Assembly (NCBI RefSeq): GCF_006345805.1 | Contig: NC_042997.1 | Location: 114,948,001-115,012,000, forward strand | Length of the DNA stretch: 64,000 nucleotides | Reading direction: 5' to 3' | Origin: Octopus sinensis | Lineage: Eukaryota | The notes under the pieces: model-generated | What the model saw: only the letters and a program-made list of their open reading frames with translations | Told to the model about the DNA's origin: nothing | Database searches by the model: none | Made by a program: the position numbers and the translations under genes | Shown: positions 53,840 through 64,000 of the stretch, piece by piece | Layout: each line of letters starts with the position of its first letter | How positions within the stretch are numbered: the first letter of the stretch is position 1

Positions 53840-54218
53840 TGGAGGCACAATGGCCCAGTGATTAGGGCAGCGGACTTGCAATCGTAGGATCAAAGTTTCG
53901 ATTCCCAGATCGGGTAGTGTGAGTGTTTATTGAGTGAAAACACTTGAAGCTCCACGAGGCTCCGGCAGAGGGTGGTGGTGAACCCTGTAGTACTCTTTCA
54001 CCACAGCTTTCTCTCACTCTTTCTTCTTGTTTCTGTTGTACTTGTATTTCAAAGGGCCAGCCTTGTTGCACTCTGTGTCACGCTGAATCTCCCTGAGAAC
54101 TATGCTAAGGGTACATGGGTCTATGGAGTGCTCAGCCACTTGCATGTTAATTTCATGAGCAGGCTGTTCCGTTGATCGGATCAACTGGAACCCTCATCAT
54201 TGTAACCAACAGAGTGCC
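53840..54218 (+). mobile_element. tRNA-derived SINE family C. Related heads at ~52985-53340 (+) and ~11945-12643 (-)
   Basis: TGGCCCAGTGATTAGGGCAGCGGACT...TTTCGATTCCC Pol III boxes and a shared AAAACACYTRAAGCTCCACGAGGCTCCGGCAG body. Confidence 0.8.
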
Positions 54219-54969
54219 ACGACTACAGTCATAACTCAAAAGCAAGTATGTCTTGGTAGCATGTATCATGTTTTTGCTAATCGTTTCTGTGCCAGCAACA
54301 TATAAAAACACTTGTCCTGATGCCACATAAAAACACCAATGAACATTATTTACATTTGACAGATATTTGTCCTCATATTGTTTGTTGCTAACCCTCCAGC
54401 CTTCATCAGGTGTCTTGGGGAAATTTCAAACCTGGGTTCTCATTCCTAAGGTATCTTTCAATGTTATTAATTATTATTATTATTACTATTATTATTATTC
54501 AGGTCACCTGAACACTAACACTAACAATAATAATAATTAATATCATTGAAAAATACCATAGGTTTGAAATTTGCCCAAGACACCTGATGAAGGTTGGAGG
54601 GTATATCAGCCAAAACATGTTAACAACAAACAAGATGAGGACAAATATCCGTCAAATGTAAATAATGTAAATAATGTACATAATTCCTCATCTCTTAAAT
54701 ATAGATCTGTAAAAACACCCATGGTGGTGGGATGTAAAAACACCCATGCCACTGCCATGTAAAATACACCCATACTAGTATTACATATATATATACATAT
54801 ATATAGATGTGAGTGAGTGATGGCTGTTGTAGTACATACCACCATCATTTAACATCCAGCTTCAAAACTAATATGACAAGAATTTGGAGTGCTTAAGTCT
54901 GGGGTCAGCATCTGCTCTTGGATTATATTATATCTTTGACTTCCTTTGGAGTACACCAATACTTTGCCA

Positions 54970-55330
54970 TCGATTTTATATATATATATGTTTGAGATGA
55001 GATGTTTGAGGGGTATGGTTGGTGTGACACGGATGGACAGGATGAGGAATGAGGAGGTGCGAAGGCGAGCAGGAATGAGAAAAAAACTAACAACCAAAAT
55101 GGATACACATATGTTGAAGTGGCTTGGCCACATGAAAAGGATAGATGAGGAGTGGATGGTAAGGAGGGTGAGGAAGGCAGAAGTGGTAGGTAGCAGAACC
55201 AGGGGCAGACCTCAGTCTGTGTGGATGGATGGAGTGAGGAAAGCTTTGGTGGTTAGAGGTGTTGGAGTGAGAGAGGCAAGAGACTTTGTAAATGATATGA
55301 AAGCTTGGAGAGTGTGGACGGATGAGTGAA
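54970..55330 (+). mobile_element. RTE-clade LINE C-terminal fragment from a second family
   Basis: FEMRCLRGMVGVTRMDRMRNEEVR...LKWLGHMKR...RGRP motifs. Confidence 0.85.
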
Positions 55331-56299
55331 TTTGATGATGCTCAAAGGGAACCAGTATGATGCGGTGGGGGTGAACCAGCTTATGCTGTCAGGCCCTGTT
55401 GCTGATATCAGTGGTTGCTTTCTGTACATAGAGCAGGGCTTGCCTCTTTGAGGTGGGAAATGAATTGAACACCTTGTGTGTGTCTTGTGGCTACACTCCT
55501 ATATTGAATTAGGCCTTGGTAAATAATATATATATCATCATCATCATCATCATCGTTTAACGTCTGTTTTCCATGCTAGCATGGGTTGGATGGTTCGACC
55601 GGGGTCTGGGAAGCCAGGAGGCTGCACCAGGCTCCAGTCTGATCTGGCAGTGTTTCTACAGCTGGATACCCTTCGTAATGCCAACCACTCCGTGATTGTA
55701 GTGGATGCTTTTTACGTGCCACTGGCACAAGTGCCAGGGGGGCATACACACACACACAATGTAGATAGGTTAAAATCCAAGCTGTGTCTCCTTGAAGCAC
55801 CTTTGCTTATTTCAGTATTCCAAATCTGTATGTAGATGTTATATATGTGTGAGGCATGAGTGAAAGCTGAAAATAACAGGAAATATTTCTTTTCTGCAGA
55901 GCAATAATATCCTTTTCTACTCTAGGCACAAAGCCCGAAATTTTTGGGGAGGGTGCTAGTCGATTAGATCGACCCCAGTATGCAAGAACAGAATACTTTA
56001 ATCTTTAATGTTTAAAATAACATTTTTGTCAGAAATGGATACTCTTATATTTATTCACGAAATCAATAATTACATGTTTAAAAACTATTCCCAAATAACA
56101 GAGAAAGAAATATATAAATTAACGCTATTGATTTGTTACATAAAACCACAAGTCATCTATTTCTAAGAATTCGCAAAAATTTCTGTTTTGTCTGGAGAGA
56201 GTCATTTTCTTTTTGTGCCTTATTATGTAACACACTCAGTAAAATTTCCACTTATTTCTTATTTTTATTTTCCTAAAATTTGAAATTTCCACTTTTTTT

Positions 56300-56950
56300 C
56301 TTATTTTTATTGTCACAAAAATTTGAAATAAAAAAAAAATGTGTAGAGTTCAAGGGAGATAACTGGATTTAAAGTCTCAAGCAATATGGCTACCACGGGT
56401 GAGTGTTTGTTCGATCAACCGTTTTTAATATTTTTATATTTATTATAAAAGTCATTTTACACTGGTTTTCGGTTCAATTATTTTACCGTGATTCCTTATT
56501 CCCAAATTTATATCACGCTTTTACATCTTTTATTAAGAATTCAATTAAATTTTTTTAAAAATTGAAACTATTTCTTCGCAGTTAAAATGTCTTGAAATGT
56601 TGAGATTCCACCAAGATTGCTTTCGATGGCTTATTCCACATTGTTCCATTCTTTTCCTTCCTGATTTCCAACAGTCAAGCTATGAAGAATCACCCAAATT
56701 TGTTTTGATAAAATAAATTCGAAACAAAATAATTTTTTTACGAAATATCTGGATGGGGAGGAGTAGTTTAAGGCTACTTGCGGGAAACGAACCTGCATCT
56801 TTCTTAAACTAATATTTATTTCCGTTCCTTTCTTAGTTCAAATCTCGCCGAAATCAGCTTTAGCTTTCATCCTTCCAAGGGTCTATTTAATAACTACTGG
56901 TCAACTATTAAGTCTGTGTAATCGATAATTCCCGCTCCTTTATATATAGA
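56300..56950 (+). promoter_or_regulatory. Putative PTPA promoter / first-exon region
   Basis: Largely repeat-free and CpG-retaining relative to the flanks. Contains the ATG micro-exon and AAGGGAGATAAC at 56352-56363. Confidence 0.5.
56386..56398 (+). CDS. PTPA: PTPA (PP2A activator, PPP2R4) coding exon 1: ATG GCT ACC ACG G (MATT + phase 1)
   Basis: aatATGG start and a consensus G|GTGAGT donor in a CpG-retaining island. Its phase 1 joins the exon at 63445 in frame (G+GG = Gly). Confidence 0.7.
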
Positions 56951-59900
56951 AATCCTCTGCCAAAGTTAAGAATAACCGTTTTAAATTATTACGCTTTCAC
57001 TTTCACTGTAAACTTGTCTCTTTATGTGTTCACAGAATAAAGACCCATCATATCCTGTTATATTAAGTTAATAAACTATGTTGTCTCTACTTATATATTT
57101 CTGCTATAAACAAGAAATATGAATATTTCTTACTGTCAAAAAGAATAAATCTCGAAAAGAAATCTTTGAGCCGATGTATCTGGCTTCTGTAAATCACTGC
57201 ACTTCACAACATACATCTTTAAACTGCTTCTTAGAATATATTACTGCTATTTCTAGTCATTGCAAGGAGTGGCTTTGTAGTAAGTAGCTCGCTTACCAAC
57301 CACATGGTTCTGGGTTCAGTCCCGCTGCGTGGCACCTTGGGCAAGTGTCTTCTTCTATAGTCTCGGGCCGACCAAAAGCCTTGTGAGTGGATTTGGTAGA
57401 CGGAAACTGAAAGAAGAAGCTCGTCGTATATATATGTATTTATGTTGGTGTGTCCGTGTTTGTCCCCCTCCCCCAACATTACTTGACAACCAATGATGGC
57501 GTGTTTACGTCCTCGTGACTTAGCGGTGCTCTGGCATGGCCGCAGTGAAATGACTGAAACAGGTAAATAAAATAATAATTTCTTTAGATTGTTAGATATT
57601 TCTTTGCCTCACTAAATATTGGTTTCAAATTTTGGTACAAGGCCAGCAACTTGTACGTATTTTATCAACCCCCAAAAGGATAAAGGTCAAACTCGACACT
57701 GGCAGCATTTGAACTCACGTAGGATAGAAGGACAAAATGTCAATTCTTCTAGCTCGCCGCCTTTGTCACACTAAATATTAACGAAATTAAATCATGATCA
57801 TCATCATCGTCCATTTTCTATGTTGGATTGGGTTGGATGGTTTGATTGAAGCCTGGAGAGCCAGTGGCTGCCCCAGTCTCCAATCTGATCTGGCAGTGTT
57901 TCTACAGTTGGATGCCCTTCCTAATGCCAACCACTCTGAGAATGTAGCAGGCGCTTTTTATGTGCCAGTGGCACAGGAGCCGGTCAGGTTGGCCTGGCAT
58001 CGATCATGTTTGGATAGTGCTTTTTATGTGCCACTGGTACAGGGGCCAGTCAGAGGGTACTGGCATCAGCCATATTCGGATGGTGCTTTTTATGTGCCAC
58101 TGGTACTGGTGGCATGTAAGAAGCACCATTCAAGTGTGATTGTTGCCAGTGCTGCCTGACTGGTTCCTATGCCATTGGTACGTAAAAAGTATCATTCGAA
58201 CATGGTTGATGCCAGTGTCACCTGACTGGCCCTCATGCTGGTGGCACGTAAAAAGCACCCATTACACTCTCGGAGTGGTTGGTGTTAGGAAGGGCATCCA
58301 GCTGTAGAAACTTTGCCAGATCGGATTGGAGCCTGGTGCAGTCATCTAGCTCTCAAACCATCCAACCCATGCTAGCATGGAAAGCGGACGTTAAACTATG
58401 ATAATGATGATGATAATATAGGCATGTTACATAAGAAAAGGTAAAGAGGTTAGAGAGACCAGTTTGTTGCAACGAGTTCCAGAAACTCTGCTGGACGGCT
58501 TAGTGACTCTCTGGTCTGAGGTTGAATTTCCCAGCTTCTAGAATCTTTAGCTAAATTGGTGTTATTTTTTTGGTGTTATTTTGTTTGTTTATTCATTTTT
58601 TTGCCATGCCCTTACTGTTTTTTTTAGTAAATTACATTGTAGTGAGGCTCATGCTGAGTATTGAACTATAGCTCTCAGATTTTCCCAGTCTAGAGCCACA
58701 TCATAATGTATCTCCATAAATGAAATCAATGCCTACATGACTATGGCTTCACCAATCAGAATTGGTTCACTTATTGTGGTGGAGGCAGCAGACTCATCAT
58801 CATCATCATCATCGTTTGACATCCACTTTCCATGCTGGCATGGGTTGGACGGTTTGACTGAGGACCGGCAAGCAAGGGGTCTGCACCAGGCTCCAATCTA
58901 ATCCGGCAAGGTTTCTACAGCTGGATGCCCTTCCTAATGCCAACCACTCCGAGAGTGTAGTAGGTGCTTTTTATGTGCCACTGGTACGGGTGCTGGGTGC
59001 TGTCTGTCAGGTGGCATTGGCATCGACCACACTCGAATGGTGCTTTTTATGTGCCAGTCAGGTAGCACTGGCATCAGTCATGCTTGAATGATGCTTTTTA
59101 TGTGCCACCGGCATGGCTGCCAGTGAGGCGGCACTGGCAAATGTTGAAGAATATTAAGCTAAAAACATTCTTGAAATTAAAGCATTGCTTTTTTTATTTT
59201 ATCTGTTTATCTGTTTTTCAAGTTCTTTGCCTGTCAGTACTCGTCACTCAACCTAAATGACTTGGCAAATAACATCAAAGTAGCATATCTACCGCCAAAC
59301 ACAACCGGCTTGATTTAACATATGGGGCATGTGGCCTCTTGCTATATTCAAGGCCTACTTTTTGCAGTTGCACTTCTTATGAACTTAGCAACAACATTAA
59401 GCCAATGCTACTGGGAGTACTTCTTGGAAGCCTTATGAGTATTTGAGAGAATCTGTTTCCTTCTAAGCTTTTAGTGCTTATTGTCCCTGTACACATCATC
59501 ATCGTTTAACGTCCGTTTTCCGAGCTAGCATGGGTTGGATGGTTCGACCGGGGTCTGGGAAGCCAGGAGGCTGCACCAGGCTCCAGTCTGATCTGGCAGT
59601 GTTTCTACAGCTGGATGCCCTTCCTAACGCCAACCACTCCATGAGTGTAGTGGGTACTTTTTATGTGCCACAGGCACAGGTGCCAGGGAGGCTGGCATCA
59701 TCCACAATCGGTTGGTGCTTTTTATGTGCCACCAACACAGAAGCCAGTCAAAGCGGCGCTGGCATCAGCCACGTTCGGATGGTGCTTCTTACATGCCACC
59801 GGCACAGTTATCACAACTACACCTGCTATATATAAAATCTACATTCTCTGTTAGCCTACCTATCATCCAATGCACCACTTGTGGACCCTCTATATCAGTT

Positions 59901-60466
59901 ACATCTTATGGAATATGACTTGTGTTTCCCTGATAACTGTAGATTCTGTTTTCAACTTTGAAGCTTCTCGATTCTAAGTTTCTGTTTCCATGTTTATAAT
60001 CTCACACCACTTCTTTCTTCTCTCTTTAATTCCTTTGACTCCATTTTGAGTATTTGGCCCAGTAAAAGATCTCTCATTTGTCTCGATCCTTGTTGTTTTT
60101 GGTCTGCCATGCTTTCATCTCCCTTGAGATAACCCTGGGCAGATTCAAAATTAGTTTAATGGATACACATTTGAAAATGGTTTCGTTTCATTGCTCCTTT
60201 CAACTAACGGCCTTAAGCATGCAATGAACAAAATTGATCTTATTATAAAATCGAAGGAAACCTTAAATCAAAGGACAGAGTTTGAATACACAGGGTAAAT
60301 AATTATATGCAAAATATAAATCAATTAATACATTAAAAGTTCTATCCATTTAGAAATTAAAAATGTTCACACTGGATTACATATACATTGAGCAGCATAT
60401 TCACATACTAAACCATCTATAATTTACACATATATACTAAAATGTACAGACGCATATACATAGTTA

Positions 60467-60830
60467 TCTATTATATAAAATCCGTTCTGTCTGTGTGTGT
60501 GTCTTCTAGGATCTTGAACATCCGCCATCTGATTGCACCCAAATTTGATTTGTAGATTGCGACAGTATCAGGGCGTGTATAAGTCTTGAAAAAAATGACA
60601 AAAATTGATTCCAGGTGAGAATGCGATTGATAAAGCTGTGGGAACATGCATTTGTACATGCAAGTACATCAGCTGTTACGATCGAAACTATGCGTATGTG
60701 AGAAAAATGCACGGTGTCTCAAATTTAGGTTAAATCAGTGTTTCTCAAAGGGGAGGCCTATGGGACAGTTGGACAAGTTGTTTTGAGAAAATTTGGTTTA
60801 AATGCTTGACAACTCAGTACCATCCATTAT
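60467..60830 (+). mobile_element. Helitron-like 5' portion
   Basis: A|TCTATTATATAAAA start followed by a (CTGT)/(GT) microsatellite. No 3' hairpin or CTAG seen. Confidence 0.5.
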
Positions 60831-60893
60831 ACAGGGGGCGTTTTGCTCGTATACATATATATAGATGAGACATAAATATATATATACAAATAC

Positions 60894-60953
<60 letters not shown>

Positions 60954-61289
60954 CATACATACACATGCACAAAATCTCCTGGTGTATGCAGGTCAGTTGT
61001 TACAGATGAAAGAAAGGGAAAGTATACATTAAGCATAGGGAGGAGGAAGAGAAAAAGAAAAAGAAAGAGAAGCAGAAAATTAGCAAGAGAGAGAAAAGTG
61101 CAAGGACATAAAAACGCTAGCAAGTAACGAGCAGGAAAAGATACTTCATAAATTTTGCAAAACGAACACACATATAAAATTACATATATATATATATACA
61201 TTAGTATAGATATACATACAAATAAACACATATAAGTATTTATACAAATATGTGTTTGCTTATAACCTTATTTCTGTTCCATTCTAAAC

Positions 61290-61335
61290 AAAACTGTCTG
61301 ACGAATGGGAACGTGAAACTCTGAGTAATAGTTTT
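61290..61335 (+). ncRNA. Minimal type-I hammerhead ribozyme motif (GUA triplet, predicted cut after 61327)
   Basis: AAAACTGT-CTGACGA-ATG GGAA CGT-GAAA-CTCTGAG-TA-ATAGTTTT. All core bases are present. Stem I is 8 bp, stem II is 3 bp, and stem III is quasi-palindromic. Confidence 0.8.
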
Positions 61336-61789
61336 TGTGATATTTCTGCTGTTTTTCAAAAAATCATATTACTCTACCTCTGGTATTCGAGTTCTATTTT
61401 TCCCACCTTGTTTCACATTTATGTGCTTACGGTACACACACACATGCGCACATACACACACACACACACATGCATAAGATCCAGGTATCAAAGTGTAGGA
61501 AGTTTGTAAGGTTCAAGCAGTCCATGGCTGGTTTGGAAAACAAAAAGTGGATAGTGTACAATCAAGAACAATAACAATTTATTGCCATTGAAGGTTACAC
61601 CCTTTTCCCCATATGCATATATGTATGTATTTATGTAATATATGTATGTATGTATGTATGTATATATGTATGTATATCTATGTATGTAAGTATATGTATG
61701 TATGTATATCTATGTATGTAAGTATATGTATGTATGTATATCTGTATGTAAGTATATGTATGTATGCTTGTACATATACGTATGTAGGT

Positions 61790-63061
61790 AGAAACTGTAT
61801 AAGCTATGGACACATAAGAGGTGCAGCAATGTCAAAAGAAGGCTAACTGGGAAGATAGTTTTTGTATGTGGCAGATGCTCAGGAACAATAAACACTGGAA
61901 ATGCTCTGAGACCAACTTCTGTCACTTTCCAGGGAGAAAAACTAGAAATAGTTGATAGCTTCCGTTACCTGGGTGACCAAGTCAGTAGCGGGGGTGGGTA
62001 TGCTGAAAGTGTAACTCCTAGAGTAAGAATAGCTTGGGCAAAGTTCAGAGAGCTCTTACCTCTGCTGGTGACAAAAGGCCTCTCGCTCAGAGCAAAAGGC
62101 AGACTGTATGACGCGTGTGTACGAACAGCCATGCTACATGGCAGTGAAACATGGGCCATGACTGCTGAGGATATGCGTAAGCTCGCAAGAAATGAAGCCA
62201 GTATGCTCCGATGGATGTGTAATGTCTGTTCATACTCGACAGAGTGTAAGTACCTTGAGAGAAAAGCTGGACTTAAGAAGCATCAGATGTGGTGTGCAAG
62301 AGAGACGTTTGCGCTGGTATGGTCATGTGGCGAGAATGGATGAAGATAGTTGTGTGAAAAAGTGCCACACCCTAGCGGCTGAGGGAACCTGTGGAAGAGG
62401 CAGACCCAGGAAAACCTGGGACGAGGTGGTGAAGCACAACCTTCGAACTTTAGGTCTCACTGAGGAAATGACTAGAGACCGAGACCTCTGGAAGTATGCT
62501 GTGTGTGAGAAGACCCGGCAGGACAAGTGAGACCATAACCCGTGGCTTTCTACACGGGATGTAGCCAGTCCACTTATGCATACCTTCCCTTCTTGGGACA
62601 CAAAACTCTACTTGTGAAGACCTGTTGAGGCAAGTGAGAATCAGCATCAAAATCGATCAATGGAAATTGCAGCTGAGATACCAGTGCCGGTGGCACGTAG
62701 AGAACCATCTGAACGTGGTCGTTGCCAGCGCCGCCCCGACTGCCCTCCGTGCTGGTGGCACGTAAAAAGCACCATCCGTTCGTGGCCGTTGCCAGCCCTG
62801 CCTAGCACCCGTGCCGGTGGCACATAAAAGGCACCATCTGATTGTGGCCGTTTGCCAGACTCGTCTGGCACCAGTGCCGGTGGCACGTAAAAAGCACCCA
62901 CTACACTCAAGGAGTGGTTGGCATTAGGAAGGGCATCCAGCCGTAGAAACATTGCCAGATCAGACTGGGCCTGGTGCAGCCTTCTGGCTTCCCAGACCCC
63001 AGTTGAACCGTCCAACCCATGCTAGCATGGAAAGCAGACGTTAAACGATGATGATGATGAT
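61790..63061 (+). mobile_element. 5'-truncated RTE-clade LINE: ORF C-terminus (one frameshift near 62226) plus 3'UTR ending in (GAT)n
   Basis: Encodes EIVDSFRYLG, AMLHGSETW, RRLRWYGHVARM and GRGRPRKTW, with stop at 62530. The 3'UTR ends GCATGGAAAGCAGACGTTAAAC(GAT)n, the terminus of the window's most abundant repeat. Confidence 0.92.
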
Positions 63062-63444
63062 ATTATATATATGTAAGTCTGAGCGTTAAACTAATACATC
63101 TGTTGTTTACACACCTGTCTTCATCTTTTGTTTTTTTGTAAATTCTCACTATATATGTATAGATATATGTATGCATGTGTGTCTTTGTGTTTGTCCTCCT
63201 GCTACCATTTGACAACCAGTCTTGGTTTGTTTGCATCCTCGGTAACTCTTCAGATTGGCAAAATGAACCTATAGAATGAGAGTCAGGTTTTAAAAAATAA
63301 GTACTGGGGTTGATTTGTTTAGTTGTACCCTTCATGCTGGTGCCCAGCATGGCCACAATCTAATGACTGAAACAAGTAAAAATATAAGAGTATTTTAACA
63401 ATGGAAAAGGATGTGAATTAACACGTTTCCTTCTTGAATTTTAG

Positions 63445-63557
63445 GGGCTGTTGAACCTTCAGTAATGAATCCCATTAATGTAGAAACACATGACTTCAGA
63501 ATTCCTGTCAGGGAAATCCTTAAACCTGATGATATGGACAAGTGGAGAAAATCTAAG
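63445..63557 (+). CDS. PTPA: PTPA coding exon 2 (G)AVEPSVMNPINVETHDFRIPVREILKPDDMDKWRKSK
   Basis: ttttAG acceptor and AAG|GTAAAC donor, phase 1 to phase 0. HDFRIPVREILKPDDMDKWRKSK aligns with the recalled human PTPA NFIIPKKEIHTVPDMGKWKRSQ, ending at the equivalent position. Confidence 0.88.
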
Positions 63558-64000
63558 GTAAACTATTTGTTTCTTCAAAATTGTTGGTTGATTTTCCTGA
63601 GCACAAAAAAAGCAAAAAGAAAAACCCTCCCAAAAAACCATTCCTGTGCTTGACATCCTTCAGCGCCTTTTAATGGTATTTATTGTTCTGTCTTGATTTA
63701 TTAAATTTGTTCTCAAACAATCCAGAAGCAGAAAAAGTCATTTCATTGTTTTATTCTTCTTTATTCTTAGACATGGCAAGTGAAATCATCATCGTGGATG
63801 ATGACAGTACCGCCTGATTGGCATCTGTGTTGGTGGCATGTAAAAAGCACCATTTGAGCATGGTCGATGCCAGTGCTGCCTGACTGGTCCTGTGCCGGTG
63901 GAACATAAAAAGCACCATTTGAGTGTTGTCGATGCCAGTACCAGCTGACTGGTCCCATGCTGGTGGCATGTAAAATGCACCATTCAAGCATGGTTGATGC

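Noticed and set aside
53840-53915. tRNA-like sequences in SINE heads
   Set aside because: They have A/B boxes but no full cloverleaf, and they run into SINE bodies.
59530-59835. Recurrent FLQLDALPNANHS peptide suggesting a gene family
   Set aside because: Antisense translation of the RTE 3'UTR repeat.
63558-63653. Continuation of ORF 63465-63653 past the donor site
   Set aside because: PTPA similarity stops at the GT donor, so the rest is intron read-through.

Overview
AT-rich, repeat-saturated animal genomic DNA. The SINE/RTE repertoire resembles octopus, but that is an inference. There is no prokaryotic content and no CRISPR array. Two host genes are recognisable on the + strand: the last coding exon and ~3 kb 3'UTR of a ZNRF1/ZNRF2-type RING E3 ligase (19.8-22.8 kb), and exons 1-2 of PTPA/PPP2R4 (56.4 and 63.4 kb). 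The rest is mostly tRNA-derived SINEs, 5'-truncated LINEs (RTE, CR1, R4/Dong-type, L2-like, Tx1-like), TTAA piggyBac-type MITEs, Helitrons and microsatellites. Two things stand out. (1) Two homologous 1.6-1.9 kb ORF1/gag-only retroelements with no RT, one of which shares its 3' end with an abundant SINE tail. (2) About six distinct families of short, often fold-back, non-coding elements carrying minimal type-I hammerhead ribozyme motifs, including a near-canonical one on the sense strand of PTPA intron 1. All calls are by eye, and repeat boundaries are approximate unless a TSD is quoted.
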